Source: Ignicoccus pacificus DSM 13166
GTDB lineage: Archaea; Thermoproteota; Thermoprotei_A; Sulfolobales; Ignicoccaceae
Assembly (NCBI GenBank): GCA_025340205.1
Contig: CP006868.1
Span: 1,650,001 to 1,682,000, forward strand
Length of the DNA stretch: 32,000 nt
Reading direction: 5' to 3'
Every line of letters starts with the position of its first letter. The stretch's first letter is position 1. Under the pieces are notes generated by a model. That model made no database searches and was not told the DNA's origin. It was given only the letters and a program-made list of their open reading frames with translations. The translations under genes and the position numbers were made by a program. Positions 8,279 through 17,541 of this stretch are shown piece after piece.

Positions 8279-8311
8279 TCCCGACCCCCCACATTAATAT
8301 CTCTTTGTACT

Positions 8312-10066
8312 ATGATAATACGCTCGGGCATGGTATTTATGGAAACACAGTTCACTGAAAGTGTATACATGGAAGATGAGAGTGTAGGATATGTCGTTGG
8401 AGAGACTTCGACAACGCAAGTAGTCGCTAGATACGATGGTAAAGTCATTAGAGGAAAGTACGTTATAGTAAAAGGAGAGGACAAGTACCTACTAGGACTC
8501 ATCGAGGATGTTAGAAGCAGAAGTGATCTAATTGAGGATGGATTACATACCGAAGACATAAAGAGAATAGTTGAAGAGATAGGTATGGACGAGAAGGCGG
8601 TTTATGCCAAGATACGTTTGTTAGCCGAATTGGACGAACTCTTAAATGGAAAGATAGTCCCTCCGAGAACGGCCCCTCATCCCGGAGCAGAAGTACGCGT
8701 AGCTTCAGATGAGTTGTTGAGAAGGATCTTTACGAAGGATAACGATCCCAGATATATTCGTATAGGTACGTTAGCTGCACATCCTAATGTTCCGTTCTTC
8801 GTTAACTTAAATCAAATAGTTACGAGGCATTTAGCTATACTAGCGGTCACTGGAGCCGGAAAGAGTAACACCGTAACTGTTCTCTCAGAAAGAATTGCAC
8901 GAAAAGGAGGCATAGTCGTTATATTTGATATGCATGGAGAATATAGCAAGGCCACCGATGAGGAGCTAATAAATACAATAAAAGGTAAGATCAATCCTAA
9001 TAAAATAGATCACAGTAGTTTCGTTAGATTACTTAATCTTAGAGAAGCACCTAAGCAAGAGCTCTATATTAGGAACTTACTTAAAGCATGGAATGTGCTA
9101 TATCAAGGTAACTTCTATAAGGATCCCTCGGATATGCTAGACGCGCTAAGTGAGATGTTAGAGGAATTAATGGGTGGGAGCAAGTTACCTATAATAAAGG
9201 ATCCTTACTTAGTATCAAAGGCAGTTGATGAGGAGCTTAGGAAGAGTAAGACTATACACATGAAGCCTTTGAAGTTCTTGATAGGTTTCGTCAAGGGTAA
9301 TCTAGCTTCGGCGAGGTATAGCTTTTGCAAGGATCCGGAGAGATGTATGTCAGCTATGAGCGTTCTTGACGTTCCTGGTACTGACAAGAACTCGACATTA
9401 CCTTCATTGATGATTAAATTGGAGGATATGAAGGAGAGGTATAAGGAAATAATTGATTTTGCATTTAATGACATAATTGATAAAATAGAGAAAGGAAAAA
9501 TAAATGTTGTTGATCTCAGTACCGTGGATGAAGACGCAGCCGATGTTATAGTGAGCACTTTCCTAAAGAGGATACTATTTGAAAGAAAGAGATATGTTCA
9601 GAGCGGAGGAACAGAGGGCTTCAAGTACCCATTGCTGGTGGTCTTGGAAGAGGCTCACATCCTCGCTCCACGTGATAGGAGTACGAGTACCAAGCATTGG
9701 GCTGCTAGGGTAGCTAGGGAGGGAAGGAAGTTCGGGGTAGGGATATGCTTGGTTTCCCAGAGACCTAAGAACGTCGACCAAGATACCTTGAGTCAGGCCA
9801 ATAACATGATAATCTTAAGGTTAATCGAACCGAGTGATCAGAAGCACGTGCAAGCGAGCAGTGAATCGCTAAGCGACGACCTTCTCTCGCAACTTCCCTC
9901 TCTGGCAACCGGAGAAGGGGTGGTTCTGGGTCCAATGACTACGTTGCCGGCTTTGGTAAAGATAGATAAAGCAGAGAAGAAGGTAATTGGAGCAGATATA
10001 GATGTCGTCAAGGAGTGGCAGAACGAAGAGAGAGTGGAGGTAGAAGACATTTGGTCACAGCTGTAG
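8312..10066 (+). CDS. herA: HerA-type bipolar DNA helicase/translocase (ORF track start 8267 probably too far upstream)
   Basis: HAS-barrel-like N-terminus (GYVVGETSTTQVVARY), Walker A AVTGAGKSNTV, Walker B PLLVVLEEAHILAPR, and QRPKNVDQDTLSQANNMIILRL. Confidence 0.9.
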   Translation: MIIRSGMVFMETQFTESVYMEDESVGYVVGETSTTQVVARYDGKVIRGKYVIVKGEDKYLLGLIEDVRSRSDLIEDGLHTEDIKRIVEEIGMDEKAVYAKIRLLAELDELLNGKIVPPRTAPHPGAEVRVASDELLRRIFTKDNDPRYIRIGTLAAHPNVPFFVNLNQIVTRHLAILAVTGAGKSNTVTVLSERIARKGGIVVIFDMHGEYSKATDEELINTIKGKINPNKIDHSSFVRLLNLREAPKQELYIRNLLKAWNVLYQGNFYKDPSDMLDALSEMLEELMGGSKLPIIKDPYLVSKAVDEELRKSKTIHMKPLKFLIGFVKGNLASARYSFCKDPERCMSAMSVLDVPGTDKNSTLPSLMIKLEDMKERYKEIIDFAFNDIIDKIEKGKINVVDLSTVDEDAADVIVSTFLKRILFERKRYVQSGGTEGFKYPLLVVLEEAHILAPRDRSTSTKHWAARVAREGRKFGVGICLVSQRPKNVDQDTLSQANNMIILRLIEPSDQKHVQASSESLSDDLLSQLPSLATGEGVVLGPMTTLPALVKIDKAEKKVIGADIDVVKEWQNEERVEVEDIWSQL

Positions 10067-10848
10067 GCTTGGGAGGAATCGGAGGTACCCTAATAGCCCT
10101 AGCTCATTCTCCAAAGGTAGATAGAGTCGTGGTCTTAAGATCATGCAAGAGACGCGACGTGAAACATGCTAAGAAAGTAGCTGATAGCGCCTTTTTGGTA
10201 AATCCCAGTACGATGATAAACAAGAAACCATCCTTAGAAGGTCAGTTAGCTTCCAAGGACTATGAAACGTATGTTGTCTGTCTAGATTCTCCATGGCCTA
10301 TGGTGTTGGAAAGCGTAGACGTAGTCGTCGAGGGAGATGTGGTAGCTGGAGATATGGCATGTTTATGCAGTCCCAAACCTCCTAGATGCTTTCCTTCATT
10401 TAAAGCCTTAGCTGCCTTGGGAGAGCGCGAGGGTGTCCTCGTTAGCTCGCTCCTAGGGAGACCCCCTGCAGACGCTAGCTGTGTTGCCGAAAGGTTAGAG
10501 AGAAACATCCACTGCTTCAAGGGTCGAAGAGTGCTATCCGGAAAACCTCTTGAGGATTACATCAGGTTATTGGATTATCTTTATGCCAAAGTTCCTAACA
10601 GTATGATAATAGAACTTCGAAAGGAGGTGCTAAAGGGTAAGCTGGAGATCCTCGAGTTCGATTACCCGTGCTTTTACGAGTTCTCGAGAGACGCCCAAGC
10701 CCTTAGACAAAAGGGTCCTAAAGACTTTCGTATAGGGATGAAACCTTGTAAAGGAGACCTTACCGAAGTGCTTAAGAGAATAGGAGTTGAGTTAGGAGGT
10801 GACGAGAGTTCCGCAGATTCCCTCCACTATAGCTCTTCTGACGTTTGA
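10051..10848 (+). CDS. Rossmann-fold protein, possibly a divergent ketopantoate reductase/nucleotide-dependent dehydrogenase
   Basis: TTG start at 10051 overlapping the herA end; TAVGLGGIGGTLIALAHSPKVDRVVVL dinucleotide-binding pattern. Confidence 0.5.
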   Translation: MVTAVGLGGIGGTLIALAHSPKVDRVVVLRSCKRRDVKHAKKVADSAFLVNPSTMINKKPSLEGQLASKDYETYVVCLDSPWPMVLESVDVVVEGDVVAGDMACLCSPKPPRCFPSFKALAALGEREGVLVSSLLGRPPADASCVAERLERNIHCFKGRRVLSGKPLEDYIRLLDYLYAKVPNSMIIELRKEVLKGKLEILEFDYPCFYEFSRDAQALRQKGPKDFRIGMKPCKGDLTEVLKRIGVELGGDESSADSLHYSSSDV

Positions 10849-11466
10849 GGGATCTCCTCCGTAAACGACCGCTATGGGTATGTTACTCCTCTTCGCTATT
10901 TCTAGCGATAGAGCATCGAATAGTTCGTATCTGCCTGGCTCTTGTTTCCATCCAGAACTCTCTAAGATCCTTTTGACCTCGTCGTAACTAACCTTACTCA
11001 GCTTCTTCGCTCCAGGACTGTTGGGGGGTTCTGTGTATATTGCGTCAACCGTAGTAGCATTTACGACCATGTCGGCGTTCATGAGTTCTGCCAACACTAG
11101 GGAAACGGCATTCGTCGACTGGCCCGGCTGCATCCCGCCCGCTATTACTACCTTACCAGAACTCATTAGCTCTAAGACTTCATTGACACTCTTTGGTACT
11201 TTCTTTATTGCGTTCTTCACGTGAAGACTTAGAAGTAAGGCGTTCAACCTCGCTGCTTCTATACCTATGAAATCCTTGAGGGACTTAGACTCAGGTGCAT
11301 GTTCTATGTACTTCCTCGCAGTGGAACCGCCTCCTACGACCACGGCCATGTTATAGCCACGTTCATAAAGCTCATCAATAATCTTAGCGTATTCCTTGAC
11401 CAACGGTTCGTCAAGAGGGGAGATGAACTTACCAGAAATTTTTATTACTACCTTCTTCATCTCCAT
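10792..11466 (-). CDS. pyrH: Archaeal-type UMP kinase
   Basis: VVIKISGKFISP, VVVGGGSTARKYI, GGMQPGQSTNAVSLVLAELMNADMVVNATTVDAIYT. Confidence 0.9.
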   Translation of the reverse strand: MEMKKVVIKISGKFISPLDEPLVKEYAKIIDELYERGYNMAVVVGGGSTARKYIEHAPESKSLKDFIGIEAARLNALLLSLHVKNAIKKVPKSVNEVLELMSSGKVVIAGGMQPGQSTNAVSLVLAELMNADMVVNATTVDAIYTEPPNSPGAKKLSKVSYDEVKRILESSGWKQEPGRYELFDALSLEIAKRSNIPIAVVYGGDPSNVRRAIVEGICGTLVTS

Positions 11467-11471
11467 TACCT

Positions 11472-12194
11472 TTACTTCAGTCCTAGGTACAGCTTTCCTA
11501 TCTCTGGGTGTTCTAAGATCTCTCTAGCGGGTCCTGTATAGGCCACCTTGCCCGTCACAAGTACGTATCCCCTGTCGGCTATCTCTAGTCCCTTCCTGGC
11601 GTTTTGTTCTACCAATATTATAGTAACGCCGCTGTCTCTGATTTCCTTAATCTTGTTCAGTACTAGGTCCACGTACTTAGGAGAGAGCGCTGCCGTGGGC
11701 TCGTCGAGAAGCATTACCTTTGGCTTAGCCATTAACGCTCTGGCCATTGCTAACATCTGTCTCTCTCCTCCTGAGAGGCTTCCAGCTAGCTGCTTCAGCC
11801 TCCCTCTCAAGTCTGGGAATATGTCTAACACCTCCTCCATTCTTCTTTCTACTTCCTTCTTGTCTTTGATAGTGTAAGCTCCCATTTCCAAGTTCTCTTT
11901 TACAGTTAAGTTGGTGAAGACGTTGTTGGTCTGAGGCACATACCCCACTCCCATTTTACTTATCTTATCCAACCTCTCGTTGGTTATATCCTTACCTTCA
12001 TAATAGACCTTACCCTTGAGGACCCTGGCTATACCCAATATGGCTTTCAGCAAAGTACTCTTGCCGGACCCGTTTGGTCCTACTATGGTGACTATCTCTT
12101 GTCTTGTAACATAGAAGTCTATTCCGTGTAAGATTACCATCTTTCCGTAGCCCGCTACTAAGTCCTTTGTCTCAATTACCTTGTCAGTCATCAT
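11472..12194 (-). CDS. livF: Branched-chain amino acid-type ABC transporter ATPase
   Basis: Walker A VGPNGSGKSTLLKAI, LSGGERQMLAMARALM, LLLDEPTAALSP; family gene order with livG/M/H. Confidence 0.92.
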   Translation of the reverse strand: MMTDKVIETKDLVAGYGKMVILHGIDFYVTRQEIVTIVGPNGSGKSTLLKAILGIARVLKGKVYYEGKDITNERLDKISKMGVGYVPQTNNVFTNLTVKENLEMGAYTIKDKKEVERRMEEVLDIFPDLRGRLKQLAGSLSGGERQMLAMARALMAKPKVMLLDEPTAALSPKYVDLVLNKIKEIRDSGVTIILVEQNARKGLEIADRGYVLVTGKVAYTGPAREILEHPEIGKLYLGLK

Positions 12195-12967
12195 GCCTCA
12201 CCCAAGTATATCTCTACCACTACGGGGTTTTCAGATACTTCCTCCGGTGTACCTTCCGCGACTATTCTTCCCCTATGCATGACGTAAACGTAGTCCACGT
12301 AGTCGAAGAGTATGTCTAATCTGTGTTCTATGATTAGCATGCTCATCCCTCTCTCATCTCTTAGATGCCTCAAGAACTTGAATATCTCGTGAGCCAAGGT
12401 AGGGTTAACTCCGGCAGCTGGCTCGTCCAAGAGTAACATCTTGGGATCGCTCATCAATCCTCTGGCCAGCTCTACCAGCTTCATCTGTCCTCCGCTTATC
12501 GCTGAGGAGAGGTTTTTGGCGATGTGTAGTATCTTCAATAGTTTCATAGTATCCACAGCCTTGTTTGCTATACCCAACTCAGCTCTCTTCCATATAGACC
12601 TAATCAAAGACTTGGCGTAGCTTTCACCAGGGTTGTTCCTAGCCGCAGTTAGTACGTTCTCGTATACCGTCATACCCTTGAACATTCTTGGGATTTGGAA
12701 AGTTCTTACTAATCCTAGGTGATATATCTTTTCTGGAGGCATCCCGGTTATGTCGTGACCATCGAAGTATACCTTACCTCTATCTGGCTTATAGACTCCA
12801 GCTATAACGTTGAAGAGCGTCGTCTTCCCAGAGCCGTTTGGTCCTATCAGCGCAGTCATTGTACCTCTTCTAACCCCCATTACTACGTCATCTAGTGCCA
12901 CTATACCGCCGAAAGTTTTCCTTACGTGTTCAACCTTCAGTATGTAATCCTCACTCATTTTCCTCAC
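12191..12967 (-). CDS. livG: Branched-chain amino acid-type ABC transporter ATPase
   Basis: Walker A IGPNGSGKTTLFNVI, ISGGQMKLVELARGLM, LLLDEPAAGVNP. Confidence 0.92.
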   Translation of the reverse strand: MRKMSEDYILKVEHVRKTFGGIVALDDVVMGVRRGTMTALIGPNGSGKTTLFNVIAGVYKPDRGKVYFDGHDITGMPPEKIYHLGLVRTFQIPRMFKGMTVYENVLTAARNNPGESYAKSLIRSIWKRAELGIANKAVDTMKLLKILHIAKNLSSAISGGQMKLVELARGLMSDPKMLLLDEPAAGVNPTLAHEIFKFLRHLRDERGMSMLIIEHRLDILFDYVDYVYVMHRGRIVAEGTPEEVSENPVVVEIYLGEA

Positions 12968-13994
12968 CTCCTTCTCCTTCTTTTAGGTAGTCTATCTCCT
13001 TCGGGGCCCTTTCCTCTAGGACCCTCCATGCGGGAGTTCGGACGGGCTTCTCTGGCACTAATCCTTGTGGTCTGAACATCAGGAACAGTATGATTAGCAG
13101 ACCCACTAGCATCGCTTGGAAGTAGTTGGGCTCTAGAGGTAAGTGTATGTAGTCCTTAGCTATTTGTGTTAATCTGTTTATTAGTATCACTATCGCTGTG
13201 CCGAGTACCACTCCCGCGTTGTTAGCCATTCCTCCTATGATTACCATAACCCAAATTAGGAATGTTACTAATGGTAAGAAGGTATCTGGGTTCAGATAGA
13301 GGAAGTAGAACGCGTAAAGCGCTCCGGCCAAGCCGGCTAAGGCGCTCCCGAGTGTTAGTGCCAGTAGCTTGTAACGATAGGTAAACTTTCCGATGCTCTT
13401 CGAGGCCAACTCGTCATCTCTTATACTCTTCAATACTCTTCCTAGAGGAGAGTTGCCCCACCTCTCTAGCAGTATGTAAGTGAAGAAGAACAAGACTACG
13501 GAAAGTCCTACGTATGCTATGGTTCTCTCAAACGTGTTGGTAATGAAGTCGAACGGCGGTTTTATTCCTCTAAGTCCGAATACTCCTCCCCACACGCTGT
13601 TGGTTGGCGTGTTTCTGAGTAGAATTCTTATCATCTCTCCAATGATTATGGTTGACATGCCTAGGTAATCTTCCCTTAGCTTTACAGTAGGTATTGCTAT
13701 GAAGGCACCTACTGCGGCGGCAGCTATGGCAGCGGCAATTAGGCAGAGAGGGAAGGGCACGCCGTATGCAGCAGAGAGAACTCCAGCAGTGTACGCTCCT
13801 ACCGCTATGAAGCCTACCTTTCCGAAGTTGCTCAGGCCGGCGTAGCCGTACTCTAAGTTCAAGCTTAGTGCCGCTATGGCATAAAACGCTAAGAAGAATA
13901 TCAGGTCTAACGTGTAGCTTACGTTCACTGCCGCGAACGCGGCGATTATACCGGCGACAATTATTCCCAAGATCAAACCGGTCTTATCCACCAT
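12951..13994 (-). CDS. livM: Branched-chain amino acid-type ABC transporter permease
   Basis: LivM-type sequence LNLEYGYAGLSNFGKVGFIAVGAYTAG; multiple TM segments. Confidence 0.88.
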   Translation of the reverse strand: MVDKTGLILGIIVAGIIAAFAAVNVSYTLDLIFFLAFYAIAALSLNLEYGYAGLSNFGKVGFIAVGAYTAGVLSAAYGVPFPLCLIAAAIAAAAVGAFIAIPTVKLREDYLGMSTIIIGEMIRILLRNTPTNSVWGGVFGLRGIKPPFDFITNTFERTIAYVGLSVVLFFFTYILLERWGNSPLGRVLKSIRDDELASKSIGKFTYRYKLLALTLGSALAGLAGALYAFYFLYLNPDTFLPLVTFLIWVMVIIGGMANNAGVVLGTAIVILINRLTQIAKDYIHLPLEPNYFQAMLVGLLIILFLMFRPQGLVPEKPVRTPAWRVLEERAPKEIDYLKEGEGGEENE

Positions 13995-14005
13995 GGCTCC
14001 TCACC

Positions 14006-15337
14006 TCACGCCTTTCTCGTCTTAATTCCGGCTAGACCCTCTGGCTTGAGATACAGTACTAACAGGAAGACGGAGAACGGAATCATAAACCTGTATCCGG
14101 TGTACTGGGGGTTGATCGCCGCTAAGACGCTAACTCCGAACTGCTCTGCAAAGGCTAGTATGTAGCTCGCCGCGAACGTTCCCCAGAAGCTACCTAATCC
14201 TCCCAGTACCGCTACGGCGAACGCGTTTAGTAGGATCATCCATCCCAGCTCTGGATATATCTGGGTCTGAATGGCCCAGAATAGACCACCTATTCCAGCT
14301 AAGGCTCCGGCTACCAGCCACGCCAAGTTTACCACGCTGTCGACGTCTATTCCACAAGCGGCTGCCAGCACTGGGTTGTTAGCTACGGCCCTCCATGCTT
14401 TTCCTATTTTCGTCTTCTTGAACAGTAATGTCATTCCAATTATTACAGCTAGTACCGTTAGAGTGCTCCATATGTACAAGTCGGTGAACGACAGTACAGG
14501 TTGAGGGAACTTAAACATGACGTCTAGCGCATTCAGCTTGGTGAACGCTATGCCTCCAGCTCCTATCTTTATTGCTGGAATATATTCGGAGGCAAATGAA
14601 GCGGTTGTGTTAGCTATGACTAAAGTTCCGTTTATTATCCATGCTTGGAAGTTGCTTAACTGTACTCCGAAGTTCTGATAGGTTATCTCTTGTTTGAAGT
14701 ACTGTCTGCTGTACCAAGTCATCTCATATAGAGCATACCTTATGAATAGGGCTACGCCGATGCTGGCAACCATCAGCTGTACTAGGCTAGCTCCTCTGTT
14801 TGATAGAGGTTTGTAGACTAGCACGTGAGAGAGTAGCGAGACTACAGCGCTCGCCAACATGGCCTCGATGGTAGCTTCCCATAAGTTAGCGCCAGTGTAG
14901 CAAGCGAAGAGCACTACTGCACCCATCACTAGGAGCGCAGGACCCAAGACCATTAACGTCGAGTTCTTTGTTTTTAAGTATGCTAAAGTTAAGATTATTC
15001 CAGATACTACGCCCACTAGGCCCACTTGGACTGCGAAGCCGTTGGGCGCTCCGCTGAGGACCGCGAAGTTGTAAAGCAAATAGGCAGCATAAGCACCTAC
15101 GGTCGCTACGTCACCATGGGCGAAGTTTGCGAACTTAGCTACGGTGAATGTCATAGTGATACCGACGGCAATCAAGAAGTATAGATTTCCTAGAAGCAAA
15201 GTGTCAATAAAGATTTGTGGTATTTGTGGTGTTACTTTGGACCAAACGCTGGGACCCAGCGCTTGGTAGACGTATGCGGCGAGAACGACGACTATGGCCA
15301 GTCCTATCAACAACTTGGCGCGCGAGCTCAAGTGCAT
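14006..15337 (-). CDS. livH: Branched-chain amino acid-type ABC transporter permease (start probably ATG at 15337)
   Basis: LGNLYFLIAVGITMTFTVAKFANFAHGDVATVGAY and AVLGGLGSFWGTFAASYIL, typical of LivH. Confidence 0.88.
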   Translation of the reverse strand: MHLSSRAKLLIGLAIVVVLAAYVYQALGPSVWSKVTPQIPQIFIDTLLLGNLYFLIAVGITMTFTVAKFANFAHGDVATVGAYAAYLLYNFAVLSGAPNGFAVQVGLVGVVSGIILTLAYLKTKNSTLMVLGPALLVMGAVVLFACYTGANLWEATIEAMLASAVVSLLSHVLVYKPLSNRGASLVQLMVASIGVALFIRYALYEMTWYSRQYFKQEITYQNFGVQLSNFQAWIINGTLVIANTTASFASEYIPAIKIGAGGIAFTKLNALDVMFKFPQPVLSFTDLYIWSTLTVLAVIIGMTLLFKKTKIGKAWRAVANNPVLAAACGIDVDSVVNLAWLVAGALAGIGGLFWAIQTQIYPELGWMILLNAFAVAVLGGLGSFWGTFAASYILAFAEQFGVSVLAAINPQYTGYRFMIPFSVFLLVLYLKPEGLAGIKTRKA

Positions 15338-15370
15338 TATACGGGCCCCTAGCAAGCCAAGGGGCGTAAG

Positions 15371-15376
15371 TATATA
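15371..15376 (-). promoter_or_regulatory. TATA-like element for the livHMGF-pyrH gene string
   Basis: TATATA on the minus strand 35-40 nt upstream of the ATG at 15337, consistent with a short leader. Confidence 0.4.
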
Positions 15377-15408
15377 GCGTAATCGCAGTATATGCTTGGA
15401 ATAAGTGG

Positions 15409-16299
15409 TCAGTACCTAAATATACTCGATTGGGAGACTGTAACCATATATGGTTGAGGTGAGTGGAGTCCTTCGACGAGTATAGCACCTCCTTCTTTAT
15501 CCATGTAGTCTTGGACGGCAGTGAGGTAGTTGAACGCCATCGCTTGAAGATCCTTACTCATGAGTTTAGCAAATGGTAGTAACTTTGTAAGTTCTTTCGC
15601 ACTCATTGGTTGATCGTGAATGTCTACCTTATTTAATAAGTTGTCGAGAATTTGTGAGATAGCGTCTTCGCTAACTCTCCCTTCCAAGGATTCCAAAACA
15701 AGCTTTTCTATATAATTGAAATATTTGTTCGCTAATTCATACTCATAGTATATGCCAGATACGGAGAGGGCGTGCATTACTTGGGCCCTCCCGCCAATGC
15801 TCTCCTTAGGGGCAGAAGCCATCAGCTGCTCTACCAGATCTCTAAGTATTATCGCTTCCTTTGCTGAGGGAGGGGAACTGGGTATTAGGGGATCTATAGT
15901 ACCTATTATTCCCCAAGGAGGTAGGAGTACCTCATCTGAGAGTAAGAGAAGGAGAGCCCCCATTGAGAGGGCGGAATCCAGCAATAACGTCGTAACTTTG
16001 CGTATTCCCATAGACCTCAACCTTCTCATTAAATGTTCAGCAAATAGAACGGTGGTTCCTATAGTATTATATACGATAACGACCTCCTCGCAGCTCCGCG
16101 AGGACATTTCTCTATGAAGTGTTCTAATAATATATGAAACGTCGCGCGTGTGTGACATTAAGGCGTTTGGATACATGGATAAGTCCACGGAAGTATTTGA
16201 AACGGCGCTAATTACACAAGTGCCTTCAGGAAACTTACTGTTTATCATGTAGAGATATCGCTGCCTCGATGAGAATTGATGTGGGACGTACGAGCTCAA
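15409..16299 (-). CDS. Serine protease of the SDH/SppA/ClpP-like class
   Basis: VYNTIGTTVLFAEHLMRRLRSMGIRKVTTLLLDSALSMGALLLLLSDEVLLPPWGIIGTIDPLI matches the Ser-nucleophile region and the following DE-x2-6-GxIDP region of the SDH proteinase class. Confidence 0.72.
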   Translation of the reverse strand: MSSYVPHQFSSRQRYLYMINSKFPEGTCVISAVSNTSVDLSMYPNALMSHTRDVSYIIRTLHREMSSRSCEEVVIVYNTIGTTVLFAEHLMRRLRSMGIRKVTTLLLDSALSMGALLLLLSDEVLLPPWGIIGTIDPLIPSSPPSAKEAIILRDLVEQLMASAPKESIGGRAQVMHALSVSGIYYEYELANKYFNYIEKLVLESLEGRVSEDAISQILDNLLNKVDIHDQPMSAKELTKLLPFAKLMSKDLQAMAFNYLTAVQDYMDKEGGAILVEGLHSPQPYMVTVSQSSIFRY

Positions 16300-16332
16300 C
16301 TCAGAGGCCCTCTCCGGGAGGCGTAGAGCGCA

Positions 16333-16836
16333 TTATAGAGATAACAACGCTCTCTCTTTACTGAACCTCTTGGTCGTTGCTATCAAGTAGGCAGAGCTAG
16401 CATGACGTCCAAAACCCTTCAGCTTAGTCTTCGAGGTATTATCCTCTGGAACTACATAGACCTTTACGTTTTGAGGCAACTCTATCATCTCCGAAGGAGC
16501 ACCGTTCCCTATTATTATCGCCTCGACAGCGAACTCGTTAAGGATTGAATTAACTATGCTAGTTGCATCTTCCTTAGGACCTTCCCAAAGGTATATTGGA
16601 TACTCGGCTGCGACGAGCGCCACGCCATACACCTTTCCCGGATCTATCCCAAGGTATAATTTTGGCGAATAACCCAACCGTCTTTCTAACAACTTCAATA
16701 TACAATCGCTTTCCGAAGTGCAGTTTACCGAGTAAGCGAAACGGAGGAGCTCACTTAGACCTAACTCGTTCAGCCTCCTTCTAATTTTATAGAGGAGGCG
16801 AGGGTTCACTAAGTTCCCCTGGCCTAGAAGGCACAA
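16333..16836 (-). CDS. Possible RNase H/RuvC-fold protein, uncharacterised
   Basis: LYLGIDPGKVYGVALVA (first acidic strand), AIIIGNGAPSEM, VYVVPEDNTSK, and C-terminal GRHASSAYLIA. Confidence 0.5.
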   Translation of the reverse strand: MCLLGQGNLVNPRLLYKIRRRLNELGLSELLRFAYSVNCTSESDCILKLLERRLGYSPKLYLGIDPGKVYGVALVAAEYPIYLWEGPKEDATSIVNSILNEFAVEAIIIGNGAPSEMIELPQNVKVYVVPEDNTSKTKLKGFGRHASSAYLIATTKRFSKERALLSL

Positions 16837-16839
16837 AAG

Positions 16840-17319
16840 TTAATATATCGCATGGGCGAACTCGTAGTCCTCTACGAGTTCCTCTTTTTTGAAGAATATA
16901 CTCATTTCCCTCTCTACCTTCTCCGGCGAGTCGGTGGCATGGACTATGTTCCTGGCCTTACTTAAGGCAAAGTCACCTCTTATGCTGCCCGGCTCGGCCT
17001 CGGCTCCATCGGTGGCACCCACCATTCTCCTCACGACTTCAACAGCCCTCGGTCCCTCGACAACCATGACCACGACAGGTCCGGAGGTCACGTAGTTAAC
17101 TAAGTCATCAAAGAACGGCTTCCCCTCGTGCTCCTTGTAGAGCTCGATTGCTTGCTCTTTACTCATCTTTATCATCTTTAAGGCTCTTAGTTTCAAACCC
17201 TTATTCTCAAATCTTTTGATGATCTCTCCTACTAGTCCTCTCTTAACTCCATCTGGTTTTATCATTACGAACTCTAGCTGAGTCATGGTGATCACCTCAT
17301 TCCATACTTCTTGGTCCAT
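16840..17319 (-). CDS. ndk: Nucleoside diphosphate kinase
   Basis: [20 protein letters not shown] and [23 protein letters not shown] active-site region. Confidence 0.95.
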   Translation of the reverse strand: MDQEVWNEVITMTQLEFVMIKPDGVKRGLVGEIIKRFENKGLKLRALKMIKMSKEQAIELYKEHEGKPFFDDLVNYVTSGPVVVMVVEGPRAVEVVRRMVGATDGAEAEPGSIRGDFALSKARNIVHATDSPEKVEREMSIFFKKEELVEDYEFAHAIY

Positions 17320-17474
17320 GGTAACTTTCTGGGATCTCTCTTCATCTTGAAACTCTTAAAGCACTTGCTGCTGCAAAACCACAAGATGGTACCATCTACC
17401 TTTACGTACATCAGTCCAGTTCCTGGCTCTATTTCTTTGCCACAGAAGTGGCACGTCCTTACCGGCATCTCCAC
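17292..17474 (-). CDS. rpl24e: 50S ribosomal protein L24e
   Basis: [47 protein letters not shown]. Confidence 0.95.
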   Translation of the reverse strand: MEMPVRTCHFCGKEIEPGTGLMYVKVDGTILWFCSSKCFKSFKMKRDPRKLPWTKKYGMR

Positions 17475-17541
17475 ATACCCCCGTGACGCCCCTCTGGAAT
17501 ACCTTTAAAGCAAAGCTTGAGAGTGAGCTGGGGTAGCGACT

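Noticed and set aside
8267-8311. HerA N-terminal extension MIDQSRPPTLISLCT from the ORF track.
   Set aside because: It overlaps the nurA 5' end and precedes the likely promoter; a start at 8312, 8330 or 8339 fits better. Treated as ORF-caller overextension.
15345-15365. Hairpin GCCCCT-AGCAAGCCA-AGGGGC near the livH start.
   Set aside because: The predicted TATA at 15371-15376 puts the transcription start near or inside this repeat, so it is unlikely to form in the RNA, and there is no comparative support.
15337-16299. Protease gene 15409..16299 considered as a defence-type protease effector.
   Set aside because: The neighbours are housekeeping transporters and ndk/ribosomal genes, with no nucleotide cyclase, sensor or CARF-like partner, so a defence role has no support here.
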